A stretch of 58,984 bases of DNA, the filler included. It is 4 parts of 4 records of this genome, joined end to end, with 100 filler letters (N's around TTAATTAATTAA, not from the genome) between each part and the next. Parts side by side here need not be neighbours in the genome. Positions count along the whole stretch, not along the records: positions 47,689 to 58,984 come from DRR378314_2465; 3 more parts are not named here. One strand, given 5' to 3'. Within the stretch, counting starts at the first letter, position 1. The number at the start of each line of letters is the position of its first letter. The translations under genes were made by a program, and so were the position numbers. The notes beneath the pieces are model-generated. The model saw nothing but the letters and a program-made list of their open reading frames with translations, did not search any database and was not told the DNA's origin. Below, piece after piece: positions 58,340 to 58,984 of the stretch.

Positions 58340-58960
58340 GATTTTGCGTGATAAATGCGTGAACGGGGAAGCCAGGCTGCCAGAGTGCGGTGCGGCAGCG
58401 TAACGGTTATAACGGTAGCGTGTGCGCAGCTTTCTCGTACAACCGCAGCCAGACACACGGCGGAAGATACGTGAACGGCAAGCGCGCGCTCACAACCAAC
58501 ACGGAACGATTCAGCGCCGAAGACTCACAGGAAGCCCGTAGAAAGAAATCATCTATACTCACGCAGGAACGCGCGTGTACACGCGCGGGAAGTTGGGAGG
58601 AGCAGGTCGCCCAGCAGGGGAAGCGTTGCTCTTTCGCGCGTTTCCACGGTTGCAGCCACGTGCGCTTTTCCTGCGAAAGGAGCGACGAAGAACGACGGAA
58701 AGCGCGAACAGCGAACCGCGTGGGCCGAAACAAACAAATATGGGAGGACAAAAAAGAGAAAGAGAAGACCCGCACGCCTCTCACGATAAAGGTAGGAGTC
58801 CAAAGCTCTTAGTAGAAGCAATAACCTTCCAGACGACGCGCGAACGAGCACACGACAAAGCACGTAGAACAAGGGAAACACGCAGCAGGAAAAAGAAACG
58901 AATAGGACCAGAAAATATGCCCGTGATAGATTCACAACTCCCGCACCAGAAACGAAACGC

Positions 58961-58984
58961 TCTCTCTCTCTCTCTCTCTCTCTC
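58961..58984 (+). repeat. (TC)12 microsatellite at window end
   Basis: Direct reading. Confidence 0.9.

Overview
This window is not one continuous molecule. It holds four contigs joined by identical artificial 100-nt linkers (44 N + TTAATTAATTAA + 44 N) at 11299-11398, 40489-40588 and 47589-47688. Contig 2 (11399-40488) is a gene-dense gammaproteobacterial origin region, most likely Halomonadaceae (my impression from the proteins, no search run). Its order is atpA(partial)HFEBI, parB, parA, rsmG, mnmG, a DnaA-box/AT-rich oriC-like region, a polar amino acid ABC transporter, erpA, argC, a ClC protein, hemJ, thiD-like, hemL, an orphan secreted protein, an AT-rich curli cluster (csgD-E-F-G then csgB-A, all on one strand), rdgB, hemW, an OmpA lipoprotein, rlmJ, mnmE, yidC, rnpA and rpmH(partial). 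Contigs 1, 3 and 4 are eukaryotic and protist-like, with GT-AG introns and microsatellites. Hand splicing gives a repeat-expanded MAP65/Ase1/PRC1-like gene, an unknown multi-exon gene, a START-like region followed by an O-methyltransferase-like region (possibly one fused gene), a putative secreted Cys/His-rich protein with mirror-symmetric cysteine spacing, and an intronless GGA(I/V)-repeat multi-TM surface protein. The best leads are the Cys/His ladder protein, the START/O-MT architecture, a switch-like structured RNA where yidD normally sits, the curli locus with a possible CsgC/CsgH-like neighbour, and an excess of intragenic perfect DnaA boxes. All family calls come from motif recognition by eye.
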